From assembly GCA_046759445.1 (NCBI GenBank), contig JBHICG010000001.1, positions 94,467 to 158,466 on the forward strand: 64,000 nt of DNA, in the 5' to 3' direction. The stretch comes from Candidatus Scalinduaceae bacterium (GTDB lineage Bacteria; Planctomycetota; Brocadiia; Brocadiales; Scalinduaceae). The notes below the pieces were generated by a model. It was not told where the DNA came from. It saw only the letters and a list, made by a program, of their open reading frames with translations, and searched no databases. Shown here in pieces: positions 1 through 10,111 of the stretch (position 1 is its first letter; every line of letters starts with the position of its first letter). Position numbers and translations under genes: made by a program.

Positions 1-105
1 CATAAAGAAGGGAAGGCAGTCGTAAAGGTTGAAGAAGGCAAGGCAAAAACCGAGGAACTTATTCATGCTGTTGAAAAGGCAGGATTCAAAGCATCAAAAA
101 GCTAA
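1..105 (+). CDS. 3' end of a heavy-metal-associated (HMA, CopZ/MerP-like) protein, partial
   Basis: Frame 1 reads HKEGKAVVKVEEGKAKTEELIHAVEKAGFKASKS*, a typical HMA C-terminus (AVEKAGF); the CxxC lies outside the window. Confidence 0.7.
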   Translation, partial: HKEGKAVVKVEEGKAKTEELIHAVEKAGFKASKS

Positions 106-469
106 CAACATATTTAAGATGCAAAGGCTTAATCCTCTGGTAATGTCTTATTAGTAGAAGCATTCTTAAATATCACCATCCCTTTTCCTCTTCTTTTACC
201 CCCGTCATTTACAAGGAGAGGAAGGGGGTATGGTATTTACTTGACATTGAGCAAGTTCCGATTCTGTTACACAAACAATTCAGGATTATGTGATCTGTTA
301 AAGGCATTCATTCATGAGTCCTTTTTGGGAATGATTATTCCTGTGTTATTTAAAAGGAACTAACGCAGATTACATGAAATTTAAAGATTATTTCTACAAA
401 CCAAAAAACATCGTACCTTTTCAGGAAGGTAATAGTAAAAGTAATATCTGAAATACAAGGTTAAAAGAA

Positions 470-1006
470 ATGAGGTTGGAAATGAAAATAACGAAAAGAA
501 CGTTTTTAATTGTATTACTAAATATATTTGTAATGCCCTTTCTTACATTCAATGTCAATAACGATATAGTATTTGCTGAAATTGAGACTGGTGTAAGTGT
601 AGGACAGAAAGCATCTCCATTCAAACTATTAAGTATCGATGGCAAGGAATTGGATTTGAGATCTTTTGGGGATGGGAAGGTTACATTATTGGTTTTTGGT
701 GCTACATGGTGCCCCGCTTGCAAACATGAAGTTCCACTTCTTAAGGAATATTACAATGAATTTAAAGATGATGGACTTGAAGTGTTAAATATTGACATTC
801 AAGAGACCGAAAGGAAGGTCAGATCGTTTGTTGAAAAGAATCAGATAAATTATTCAGTTGTTCTTGATTCGAAAGCTGAAGTGGCAATGTTATATAAGGT
901 AGTGGGTATACCTTTAAATATCATATTTGATAAAAACGGGATAATAAAATACAGGGAAAATAGGCCACCGAGCAAAGAGACTCTAGAAAAATTATTAGCC
1001 AACTAA
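470..1006 (+). CDS. TlpA/ResA-family thiol-disulfide oxidoreductase
   Basis: Signal/TM N-terminus, ATWCPAC, GIP cis-Pro loop. Confidence 0.9.
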   Translation: MRLEMKITKRTFLIVLLNIFVMPFLTFNVNNDIVFAEIETGVSVGQKASPFKLLSIDGKELDLRSFGDGKVTLLVFGATWCPACKHEVPLLKEYYNEFKDDGLEVLNIDIQETERKVRSFVEKNQINYSVVLDSKAEVAMLYKVVGIPLNIIFDKNGIIKYRENRPPSKETLEKLLAN

Positions 1007-1067
1007 ACTTTGAAATAAGGAAAATCTTTCAGGGTGAGATGGTTAAGTCGGTATCTTTATTATAGAC

Positions 1068-1919
1068 ATGAATAAGTTCACACAATTTAGCAAAAAAAGG
1101 TTAAAAGATATCCTTATAATACTGTTGCTTTTCCTACCTTCAGGGCAATTATTGGCACAACACGACGGGCGATATTCTTTTAAATATCCCAGAAACTTTT
1201 TCAATCCTGGTGGTGCAGAGGAAGTTTTTAACCCATCAACTCACAATAAAATAGGTATCTTAATACAGAATCGTACTAACCGTCCTCTCCAGGAAATTAC
1301 TACTATGATATTTAACACGTCTCCCTTTGACCGTTATAAACAGTTTTTCTACTTCCGCATAGAAGAGGAATTTAGTGAGGATATTGTTAACAACAATATT
1401 CTTTCCGCAAGGGCTTATGACTACAATGGCAGACCAATAGCTGGTGGATTGACCACCTCTGAGGGACAGGGCGCTTTCAACCTGACATTTCTCAAGTTCG
1501 GTTTTAGGGAGGTGATACAGTGTAGTTGTAATGGTGTAACTATCCATACTAATCAGGGTAATTTTTCCTTTGTTGGAGAAGATTCTATCTTGCATGAGAC
1601 AGGTCATGCATTTACCGAACTTGCCGATGAATATTCCCATCCTATGTCAAGTAATTTTGCTGCCATAAACCTCGAAGACAGACACGTCCCAGGCCTTAAA
1701 TGGAGTGGATTGATAGAACAGGGATTTTTGCCCGATAGAAGAATCGAAAGAAACGAGATAATTGGTGGTATAGATAGAGGGAGATTTTTGATACCATCAA
1801 ACAACTGTTACATGAACAACCACACCAGTCCAAGGGACAACCGCTATTGCCCTGTGTGTCAACTTGCCATAATTAGCAGGATTTCTCAGTTATCAGGTAC
1901 AGCTCTCCCATGGCAATAG
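1068..1919 (+). CDS. Secreted M64-like zinc metallopeptidase
   Basis: Signal peptide, HETGHAFTELADEY, CYM and CPVC motifs typical of peptidase M64. Confidence 0.7.
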   Translation: MNKFTQFSKKRLKDILIILLLFLPSGQLLAQHDGRYSFKYPRNFFNPGGAEEVFNPSTHNKIGILIQNRTNRPLQEITTMIFNTSPFDRYKQFFYFRIEEEFSEDIVNNNILSARAYDYNGRPIAGGLTTSEGQGAFNLTFLKFGFREVIQCSCNGVTIHTNQGNFSFVGEDSILHETGHAFTELADEYSHPMSSNFAAINLEDRHVPGLKWSGLIEQGFLPDRRIERNEIIGGIDRGRFLIPSNNCYMNNHTSPRDNRYCPVCQLAIISRISQLSGTALPWQ

Positions 1920-2026
1920 GGCTCATAGTTTGGAAAAAATATATAAGGAACATTTCTATCATAATTATTGTATAAAAGTAAAATAGTAATAAAAAAAACG
2001 TAAGCTATTTTTAAAGGAAAGAACTG

Positions 2027-2323
2027 ATGAATAAATTATTATCCATTGCAGTATGTTTGTTGACGATTTGTTGTATAGTCATGATTTTATCAGTTTCTTC
2101 TTATGCCTTTGTACATCATGGTAATCATCATAGCAATCTTGGAAACCACGACAAACATCATGGTTATGGTCATGCAAGACATCAAAGCCACGGATTACGG
2201 CAACATGGACATCATGGTCATCGATTCAGACACTATGACTTTAAACATCACAGACAACATCAAAGGTTCGAACACCACAGAGCTTTTAGACATTACAGAC
2301 ATTACCATAATTCCTGTTTTTAG
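2027..2323 (+). CDS. Small secreted histidine-rich protein
   Basis: AAGGA RBS, signal peptide, His/Arg-rich mature region. Confidence 0.6.
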   Translation: MNKLLSIAVCLLTICCIVMILSVSSYAFVHHGNHHSNLGNHDKHHGYGHARHQSHGLRQHGHHGHRFRHYDFKHHRQHQRFEHHRAFRHYRHYHNSCF

Positions 2324-2464
2324 GGCACAGTTAACAATCGACAATTATGATACTGGCTATAAGTAAAAACATTACTATACTTCATTATTCATAAGATCAC
2401 TAAAAATTGTCGTTAGTACAATCATTACTACAAACAAACGGAAATTACACACAGAAACGAAACA

Positions 2465-2890
2465 ATGCCAAAGCTTTTTAGAGAAATTGAGAGACGGTCG
2501 GATAAGAGATTAGATCTCTCACTACCAATAAAATTACTCGGTCACAAAGCTAAGTCTAAGAATATCAGTTCTAGTGGTGTTTATTTAGAAGTGGAAACAG
2601 ATGTTGCTAAATTGTTTTCTCCCGGCAAAAAAATAACGCTTGGAATAAATGCAAATATTTATACGCCCTGGCTCCCCAGCAAAACCGTCAGATTTACTAC
2701 AAGAGGAGTAATTCTCAGGACAAACACAGTAGAAGGTACGGAGCATGATAGTGAAAAGAGGACAAAAAGATTGGAAATAGCCTTGAATTTTATTGAAAGG
2801 TTTAAGGTTATGTATAAAGATCATAATCATATGAACGATTTAAAATCAACTCCGTGTTTTAATGCATTAAAGGACTTCTTAAAAGCTTAG
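2465..2890 (+). CDS. PilZ domain protein
   Basis: ERRSDKR and NISSSG (RxxxR and D/NxSxxG motifs). Confidence 0.75.
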   Translation: MPKLFREIERRSDKRLDLSLPIKLLGHKAKSKNISSSGVYLEVETDVAKLFSPGKKITLGINANIYTPWLPSKTVRFTTRGVILRTNTVEGTEHDSEKRTKRLEIALNFIERFKVMYKDHNHMNDLKSTPCFNALKDFLKA

Positions 2891-2929
2891 GACTTAATTA
2901 GTATCTAATTAATAAATGGGAAAATAAAA

Positions 2930-3259
2930 ATGGCAAATATAACAGTAGTAGCAAACGAAGAATTTGAGCAGACGGTTATTCAATCCGATGTGCCTGTTCT
3001 GGTTGACTTTTCTGCAGATTGGTGTGCACCTTGTAAGACACAAACACCTATTTTAGATGAACTATCCAGCGACTTCGATGGTAGGATTAAGTTTGCGAAG
3101 GTAGATATTGATGTAGATGGAAACAAAGAATTGGCTACGAAGTACGGCGTCTTATCCGTGCCAACTCTAATACTTTTTAGCAATGGTAAAATAAAGGATA
3201 CTATGGTTGGCGTTACAAGCAAAAAGAAACTTGAACAAAAATTTGAACAGGTTTTGTAG
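2930..3259 (+). CDS. trxA: Thioredoxin
   Basis: VLVDFSADWCAPC, VPTL, 109 aa. Confidence 0.95.
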   Translation: MANITVVANEEFEQTVIQSDVPVLVDFSADWCAPCKTQTPILDELSSDFDGRIKFAKVDIDVDGNKELATKYGVLSVPTLILFSNGKIKDTMVGVTSKKKLEQKFEQVL

Positions 3260-3271
3260 GAATAATATTAT

Positions 3272-3979
3272 ATGGAAGGTTTTTTGCAAGGTTTAGAAGG
3301 TTATCTCAGCGCATCACCATTTCTTGCTTACATAGCAGTCTTTTTGGGTGGTGTACTCACCAGCTTTACGCCCTGTGTATACCCGATGATACCGATAACG
3401 ATTGCATATATAGGAGGACGTAGTGGTGAGTCAAGATTAAAGGGATTTTCCCTTTCGATTTTTTACGTAATAGGAATGGCAGCGACATACTCTGCTCTAG
3501 GAGCATTTGCAGCTTTGACAGGAAAACTTTTTGGCGCTGCCAGTACGAATCCTATACTCTACCTGGTCGTTGCTAATATCTTTATTTTTTTAGGCTTGTC
3601 AATGTTAGATGTCTTTGTCCTGCCTATACCTTCATTTCTTGCGAGCAGACAACCTGGTAAGAAAGGTGGTGAGTACTTTGGAGCGTTTCTAGTAGGACTT
3701 CTTGCCGGAACGGTTGCAGCGCCATGTACAGCTCCTGTATTGGGGGTTGTCTTGACCTTTGTGGCGGCAAAACAAAATGTCATTTACGGCATGACCTTAC
3801 TTTTCATCTTCTCCATAGGGTTGGGGACGCTCTTAATCATTGTAGGTACGTTTGCGGGTTTGATGTCGAGTATGCCCAAGACTGGGAAGTGGAGTGTGGC
3901 TATCAAAAAGTTTTTTGGTTGGGTAATGATAGGAACAGGAGAATATTTTCTTATAACGGCAGGAAAATTATTGGTCTAA
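3272..3979 (+). CDS. ccdA: CcdA/DsbD transmembrane electron transporter
   Basis: TPCVYP and APCTAP motifs, about six TM helices. Confidence 0.9.
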   Translation: MEGFLQGLEGYLSASPFLAYIAVFLGGVLTSFTPCVYPMIPITIAYIGGRSGESRLKGFSLSIFYVIGMAATYSALGAFAALTGKLFGAASTNPILYLVVANIFIFLGLSMLDVFVLPIPSFLASRQPGKKGGEYFGAFLVGLLAGTVAAPCTAPVLGVVLTFVAAKQNVIYGMTLLFIFSIGLGTLLIIVGTFAGLMSSMPKTGKWSVAIKKFFGWVMIGTGEYFLITAGKLLV

Positions 3980-3988
3980 TTTGTATAA

Positions 3989-4684
3989 ATGATAAGTAAG
4001 ATGAAGATACTTGGCATCAGTGGGAGTCCAAGAAAAAGTCAGACAACAGAGGGATTAGTTAGGACAATCCTGGATGCAACTGGTTTAGAGACAGAATTAA
4101 TATCTTTACACGGCAAGAAGATTAATGGTTGTATATGTTGTCTGGGATGTGTTGAAGACAATATCTGTAAAGTCCAGGATGATTATATCCCCTTAATGCA
4201 TAAGGTACTGGAAGCAGACGCTATCGTGATTGGTGCTGCCAATTATTTTGGCAGGCTTAATGCCCTCACACATTCATTTCTAGAACGACTTTACTGCTTC
4301 AGGCATAACAAGGATGGACATGGTGGTATGAGACTTTCCGGTAAATTAGGGGCTATTGCTTCAGTAGGGGGCGGCGGGGAATGGGAAATGCCCGGAAGAG
4401 ATAGTAAAATGTACGAGATTGCAGGAGAAGATGTTAGGGGATTTTTTGACTATAATGAGATTGAGCTTGTCGGAATCGTAGAGGCACAGGGTGCAGTACC
4501 ATGCTTTTCGTGTGATTATGGTGAAGTCTGCAGTGTAAGCGGTGTAAAAGCTTTTTTTGGCAAGGGTGCAAAGATTACGCCCGAAATCATACCGTGTTTG
4601 GAAAAGCAGCCTGAAGTCGTAAATAAGGCAAAAATGCTTGGAAATGCCTTGCACGATAGATTAAAAAATAAAGAAAAAATGTAA
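3989..4684 (+). CDS. Flavodoxin-family / iron-sulfur flavoprotein
   Basis: GISGSPR, CICCLGCVEDNIC cluster motif. Confidence 0.85.
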   Translation: MISKMKILGISGSPRKSQTTEGLVRTILDATGLETELISLHGKKINGCICCLGCVEDNICKVQDDYIPLMHKVLEADAIVIGAANYFGRLNALTHSFLERLYCFRHNKDGHGGMRLSGKLGAIASVGGGGEWEMPGRDSKMYEIAGEDVRGFFDYNEIELVGIVEAQGAVPCFSCDYGEVCSVSGVKAFFGKGAKITPEIIPCLEKQPEVVNKAKMLGNALHDRLKNKEKM

Positions 4685-4903
4685 AACAATCTACGGATGT
4701 TTACCTCGTACCTCATAGATATTGCCAAATATGACGAACAATTTCCCGACAACATTCCGCGAAACGGGAGCGGGCACAAAGAGGTGCGAGGTTTACATTA
4801 ATGTTCCCATGTTGGATAGCAAACATCTAAGGGGTAAAAAAACCTTTATTTAAAAGTTTTTACTGATAGAATGATTACTTTTTGATTTTGAGATATATTT
4901 CGG

Positions 4904-5470
4904 ATGAAAAATTTTTTTATAAATTGTTATTTAAGAATCTTATTCACTGTTGGAATAGTCCTGTGCGGGATTCTCAATTTGGAATTGAAAGGTAAAGCTG
5001 CCTCTATTGGAAAACAGGCCCCCGAGTGGGTGATTTCCGAATGGATTAATACTACAGGATTTACACTTGCGGATATGCGTGGAAAGGTTGTGGTGATTGA
5101 CTTTTTCCAGCTCTGGTGTCCCGGTTGTAACAATTTCTCCATACCCCTTATGGAGAAATGGAAACAAAAATATCGTGGTCATAAAGATATTCAATTGATT
5201 GGTATTCATACGGTCTTTGAGGGACATTCTCATCAAACACCAAAAAGATTACGCCAATACATCAAAGAAAAGAACATAGCTTACCCTGTAGGAATTGATG
5301 ATCATGTATCAAATAAAAGAACACCAGAAACAATGATTCGTTATCGTACTCGTGGAACTCCTGAAATGGCAGTCATTGATAAAGGGGGTAATATCCGTTT
5401 TCAGCATTTCGGTGGTTTTAATCCAGCAGTTGCAGAAAAGCTTATAGATGCACTTCTAGCCGAAAAGTAG
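4904..5470 (+). CDS. TlpA/redoxin-family thioredoxin-fold protein
   Basis: FQLWCPGC, GIHTVFE, GTP. Confidence 0.85.
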   Translation: MKNFFINCYLRILFTVGIVLCGILNLELKGKAASIGKQAPEWVISEWINTTGFTLADMRGKVVVIDFFQLWCPGCNNFSIPLMEKWKQKYRGHKDIQLIGIHTVFEGHSHQTPKRLRQYIKEKNIAYPVGIDDHVSNKRTPETMIRYRTRGTPEMAVIDKGGNIRFQHFGGFNPAVAEKLIDALLAEK

Positions 5471-5564
5471 CTTCGTACAATGCTGTGAAAAACAGCAGGA
5501 AATGTCTTAAGAGATATAAAACCCGTTAAGATAGTAAACGTGAGAATAACTATTTTAACCCTTT

Positions 5565-5638
5565 TGTCATTCCCGCGAAGGCAGGAATTCACACCCCTTT
5601 GTAACAATTGTGTCATTTCTCCTTTCGTAGGAACGACA
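5565..5638. repeat. Intergenic palindromic REP-like element (TGTCATTCCC...GGAACGACA)
   Basis: Imperfect inverted repeats with ATTCCCGCGAAGGCAGGAAT internal hairpin. Confidence 0.55.
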
Positions 5639-5689
5639 CACTTATTGTCTAAATATTTATTGTTTTCTATATAAAAACGAAATACTTTT

Positions 5690-6298
5690 ATGGATTATAA
5701 GTTTTTAATAAATACATACGAGACAGAGAGAATTAAGACTTTGAGTACATGGTGCACGTTCAAGGACGAGGACCTTCCTAAGCGTCCTCATCCCGGGGAT
5801 AAACGCGGGAGAAATGCTCTTGAGCATATGGTTCATCAGTGTATGAGTGAGAATAAATGGTTTACGGGCATGCTGGGTATTGATGTCGGTGCTCCCCCAT
5901 TACCTGAAAAGGAAACACGTTTGGAGTTTATTAAGCGTTATGCTGAAGATTCAGAAAAACGGGTAGAGGCCTTAAAAGAGAAGGATAATAATTGGTGGGA
6001 AGAAGATGTCAAGTTCTTCGAATTTAATCGTTCACGAGCATGAATTGTTACCAGAAGAATCACCCATACTGCACATCACCGAGGTCAACAGACTATGTTA
6101 TTGCGAATGTTGGAACGTGAGATTTACAGCACTTATGGTCCAACTGCTGATACAGGTGGTTTACAACAAAATAATGCGCTAACGATATATCCTTATCTTA
6201 ATATAGAAACACTAATCAAAGAAGAAACAGCCGGTGGTGCCAAGGCTTCATTGCCAGGGCCTGGAGAAAAACCATGTACGGAACGACCTGAATCTTAA
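5690..6298 (+). pseudogene. DinB-family protein interrupted by an in-frame TGA at 6041-6043
   Basis: Two ORFs in the same frame; read-through gives RSRA*IVTRRITHTAHHRGQ, which carries the DinB His motif. Confidence 0.8.
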
Positions 6299-6374
6299 TA
6301 TGAAAACAAGGGACATCGTTGCATTACTTAGTACTACATTTCATAAATACGGTTACGTATTGTCTTTCGAGCAA

Positions 6375-6408
6375 GAGATTCTTCGTCACTTCGATCCTCA
6401 GAATGACA
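6375..6408. repeat. REP-like palindrome, GTCATTCTGA/GAAGAATCTC family
   Basis: Related copies at 9993-10024 and 14503-14640, and a more diverged one at 60872-60921. Confidence 0.6.
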
Positions 6409-6499
6409 GTTAAAATACGTCACCGTATTTACAAACAAGAGCACTTAGTCCCAGCCAATATAGTAAATATCTAAAAAAATAGGCAGATATAATCTTCTT

Positions 6500-8812
6500 A
6501 TGTGGAAATATAAGATAAACGTACTTATAATTATAATTACGGCTACTTTTGGAAACACCATGGCAGAGGAAACAAAGGAAAAAGGTTGCCTGTTGTGTCA
6601 TGAGAGGATCGATGTTATTAATGAGAAGATGCAACCGTTTCTATTATTTTTTGCCGAACAAATATACGGAAGGGAAAACGGTTATGAATGTTCTATCTGC
6701 CACGAAGGAAATCCTTTATCCAGTGAGAAGAAACAGTCACACAAAGGCTTGATACCAAACCCATCAAGTATGTGGGCGCTGCATGAGGGGAAGGGTTGTG
6801 CGAAATGCCACGACGGTAAAGGGAGCATTGTTACACTGATGGGGGTGCCTCTCAATCCTTCCGTTGGCGGGGAACTTATATGGCAACAATTCCTCTCTTC
6901 AGAGCCTTCCTGGTCTCTTGGAATAGATTATGTTTATAGGTTGTCAATGTCTCTGCATTCGTTAACAACAGGGATAGCAAGCAAGGTTTTGTCCTCTAAT
7001 GGGGTAGTGCCCAAAGGGACATTCCCGTACGGCAATTTCAATATGGAGGATACGGACGGATTATCTCCAAGGGTTGGTTCTGATAATTATAAAGAGTGGA
7101 TCGATAAGGCAATAAAATCTGGCTTTATAAGAGCAGTTGAAAAGGTAGAGGAAATTCCAGATTTCAGAGAGGGTATCGCAGTTTTTGGTTCGGAAGAAAA
7201 AGCTGGTTTTTCAGACATATACAGAAAACAGTGCGGCAGATGTCATGTATGGGGTGAAGGCAGAAACAAAAGAGGTGATTTTAGGGCATCTGGATGTGCC
7301 GCTTGCCACGTGCTATACGGTAACGATGGCAAATACGAAGGTAATGATATAAATATCAGGAACAATGGAGACCGGCCACATCCATTAAAACATCGTATCA
7401 CTACCGCCATTCCAGCGGCTCAGTGCACACATTGCCATACAAGGGGTAGAAGGATAGGGACAACCTTTATGGGAATGTTTGAATACGATTATGTAAGAGA
7501 TGGCCATGCGCCTCCGTTTGATGAACAAGGAAAAACTCAGGAACCATTATTTACAAAAGAGTATATGCACGTGAGAAAAGATGTACATTTTGAAAGAGGG
7601 ATGCAGTGCGTGGACTGCCATACTTCTATTGATGTGCATGGAGATGGCAATATCTATCCTGTAACCGTATATCAGGTGGAGATTACTTGCTATGACTGTC
7701 ACGGAACCCCTGAAAAATATCCCTGGGAACTCCCTGTAGGGTATGGGACACCTGTAACTCTGGATGGAAATAGAGGGGGTTATAAGCGCGAAAATAAAGA
7801 ATACCTGTTTACCTCAAGAGGGAATGTAAAAGCAAACTGGTATAGAGAAGGAAAGAAGGCTTATGTGTTAAGTTTATATACGGGTAAAAAGCATGAAGTT
7901 ACCTTACTCAAAGATGTAAAGTTGAATGATAGCTTTAAGACCCAACAGGGAAAAGTCGCTATGTCAACTATCCACATGCATATAGAAAAGATGGAATGTT
8001 ACGCCTGCCATAGCACATGGACACCTCAATGCTTCGGATGCCATATGCAATATGATAGGAGAGTTAAGGGGACTGATTGGATAAGCACTTCTAAGACAAT
8101 AGATTCAAAAACAGGCAGACAAACAGTAACAAAAGAATTTGGTAATCTATCTTTTGAAAATAGATCCTTTATGAGATGGGAAAATCCTATATTGGGTATA
8201 AATTTTAGAGGAAAGGCCTCTCCCCTTGCTCCCGGATGCCAGGTTTTTTATACCTTTATTGATGAGGAAGGAGATGTCAAGGCGCTAAATAAATTTTATA
8301 CCACGTCCACAGGCCATAATTCTCCTACATTAGCCCCTATGCAACCTCACTCCATAAGCCTTGTTGCCAGAACTTGTGAAGACTGCCATGCAAACCCCAA
8401 GGCCATAGGATATGGCACAGGCAATTCAAGAAGTGCAGAAAAACTCATGGGTGACAGTCCTCTATTCCAGGATCTTTCTAAAGGAGTATATGGGGATATT
8501 CCAGGCGCAAAGACTGGAATATGGCAGGTTTCAAAAATAGAGAATTTCCCGTATGCTCTGGATCAATTGGTCGTAAGAAGTGGGAAGCAAACGCAGAATA
8601 TGCCTCTGCCCGAAGATAGGCCGTTAAACCATGAGGAAAGGCATCATGTTGAGAGAGAGGGTTTATGCATAGGATGCCATCAATATCAAGGAACCCCTGG
8701 ATGGGAGAGAATAGTTAAAAAATATGGAAAAGCAAGTACTGCGGAACAGCATGAGAAGATAGTTTCAGAGGCAATTAAGAGTTTTATGGAGAAAAGTAAA
8801 CTAATCCCTTAA
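6500..8812 (+). CDS. Multiheme cytochrome c (12 CxxCH), ExtM-like architecture
   Basis: CLLCH, CSICH, CAKCH, CGRCH, CAACH, CTHCH, CVDCH, CYDCH, CYACH, CFGCH, CEDCH, CIGCH; signal peptide. Confidence 0.9.
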   Translation: MWKYKINVLIIIITATFGNTMAEETKEKGCLLCHERIDVINEKMQPFLLFFAEQIYGRENGYECSICHEGNPLSSEKKQSHKGLIPNPSSMWALHEGKGCAKCHDGKGSIVTLMGVPLNPSVGGELIWQQFLSSEPSWSLGIDYVYRLSMSLHSLTTGIASKVLSSNGVVPKGTFPYGNFNMEDTDGLSPRVGSDNYKEWIDKAIKSGFIRAVEKVEEIPDFREGIAVFGSEEKAGFSDIYRKQCGRCHVWGEGRNKRGDFRASGCAACHVLYGNDGKYEGNDINIRNNGDRPHPLKHRITTAIPAAQCTHCHTRGRRIGTTFMGMFEYDYVRDGHAPPFDEQGKTQEPLFTKEYMHVRKDVHFERGMQCVDCHTSIDVHGDGNIYPVTVYQVEITCYDCHGTPEKYPWELPVGYGTPVTLDGNRGGYKRENKEYLFTSRGNVKANWYREGKKAYVLSLYTGKKHEVTLLKDVKLNDSFKTQQGKVAMSTIHMHIEKMECYACHSTWTPQCFGCHMQYDRRVKGTDWISTSKTIDSKTGRQTVTKEFGNLSFENRSFMRWENPILGINFRGKASPLAPGCQVFYTFIDEEGDVKALNKFYTTSTGHNSPTLAPMQPHSISLVARTCEDCHANPKAIGYGTGNSRSAEKLMGDSPLFQDLSKGVYGDIPGAKTGIWQVSKIENFPYALDQLVVRSGKQTQNMPLPEDRPLNHEERHHVEREGLCIGCHQYQGTPGWERIVKKYGKASTAEQHEKIVSEAIKSFMEKSKLIP

Positions 8813-8831
8813 ATATAGATAAAACATTTTT

Positions 8832-9959
8832 ATGGCAATATTAATAATCCTTTTCCTGACTACGTGTTTTCTTGCATACTCAAACGGTGCTAATGATAAC
8901 TTTAAGGGAGTAGCTACGCTCTTTGGTAGCAGAACTACTAATTATAAAAACGCCATTCGGTGGGCGACTATTACGACTTTTGCAGGTTCGGTGGGTTCGG
9001 TATTCTTTGCTCACGCCCTTGTAAAGACCTTTTCTGGAAAGGGGTTGGTACCACAGGATATCTCTATATCACCTGAATTTCTTACCGCGGTGGCAATCGG
9101 TGCCGCTATTACGGTCATGGTTGCGACGGTTACGGGTTTCCCCATATCAACCACACACAGTCTTACGGGCGCCCTCGTTGGCGCTGGGTTTATGGCCATA
9201 GGCTCGGAGGTTAACTTTACCGTCTTGGGCAGCTCTTTTTTTCTTCCACTTTTACTCAGTCCCTTTATCGCAACAGCAATTGGCGGAATTCTTTATATTT
9301 TATTCCGAAGTATTCGCATTCGTTCTGGTATTACAAAGGAGTGGTGTCTTTGTATTGGCGAGCAGAAGGAAATAATACCCTCTACCCAGCCAGTTGCTAT
9401 CCTTGCAGCAAAATGTGGGAATTCCATCGATGCGACAATTGATAAAAGTCAAAACTGTATAGAAACCTATAAAGGAAATTTCCTGGGCATGAATTGCCAG
9501 AAGATGTTAGATTATCTGCACTTTTGTTCTGCTGGCATTGTGAGTTTTGCCAGAGGCTTAAATGATACACCAAAGATTGTAGCACTTTTATTATTAATCA
9601 AGGGTCTGGCAATACACTGGGGTATGCTGGCTGTCGCTGTTGGTATGGCGCTAGGCGGACTTTTAAATGCCCGCAAAGTCGCCGAAACTATGAGTAACAA
9701 AATCACAAGGCTTAATCACGGTCAGGGCTTTACAGCAAACCTTGTTACTGGTATACTTGTTATATTTGCCAGTAAGTTTGGAATGCCAGTATCTACGACA
9801 CACGTATCAGTAGGGTCGCTCTTCGGTATAGGCTTGGCTACTAAGCACATAAACACTCATAAAGTACTAGAAATAATTTTATCGTGGTTCATAACACTGC
9901 CCTTAGCTGCTATATTCAGCGGCGGCGCTTATTGGATATTAGTCAGATTTGCGAATTAA
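8832..9959 (+). CDS. PiT-family inorganic phosphate/anion transporter
   Basis: NGANDN, GLND, and PISTTH/PVSTTH repeated signatures. Confidence 0.92.
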   Translation: MAILIILFLTTCFLAYSNGANDNFKGVATLFGSRTTNYKNAIRWATITTFAGSVGSVFFAHALVKTFSGKGLVPQDISISPEFLTAVAIGAAITVMVATVTGFPISTTHSLTGALVGAGFMAIGSEVNFTVLGSSFFLPLLLSPFIATAIGGILYILFRSIRIRSGITKEWCLCIGEQKEIIPSTQPVAILAAKCGNSIDATIDKSQNCIETYKGNFLGMNCQKMLDYLHFCSAGIVSFARGLNDTPKIVALLLLIKGLAIHWGMLAVAVGMALGGLLNARKVAETMSNKITRLNHGQGFTANLVTGILVIFASKFGMPVSTTHVSVGSLFGIGLATKHINTHKVLEIILSWFITLPLAAIFSGGAYWILVRFAN

Positions 9960-9992
9960 TCTAGGAAGGATATTTAACACTCGGCAACACTT

Positions 9993-10024
9993 TGTCATTC
10001 TGAAGAGGAACGACGAAGAATCTC
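9993..10024. repeat. REP-like palindrome (GTCATTCTGA family)
   Basis: TGTCATTCTGAAGAGGAACGACGAAGAATCTC. Confidence 0.55.
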
Positions 10025-10111
10025 ACGATATAGGGGCGTATGACAACCCGCCCGAATAGGTACATGCGGGTACGCCCTCACATACACAAGCCTTGTAGCT
10101 AATCAACAATT

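Noticed and set aside
4741..4800. c-di-GMP-I riboswitch
   Set aside because: Only a GAAA-capped hairpin resembles it; the GGCAAA/GACGCAAA elements and second stem do not match
6041..6043. Selenocysteine recoding of the TGA
   Set aside because: Context looks like a Trp position, it is not a redox motif, and no clear SECIS hairpin follows
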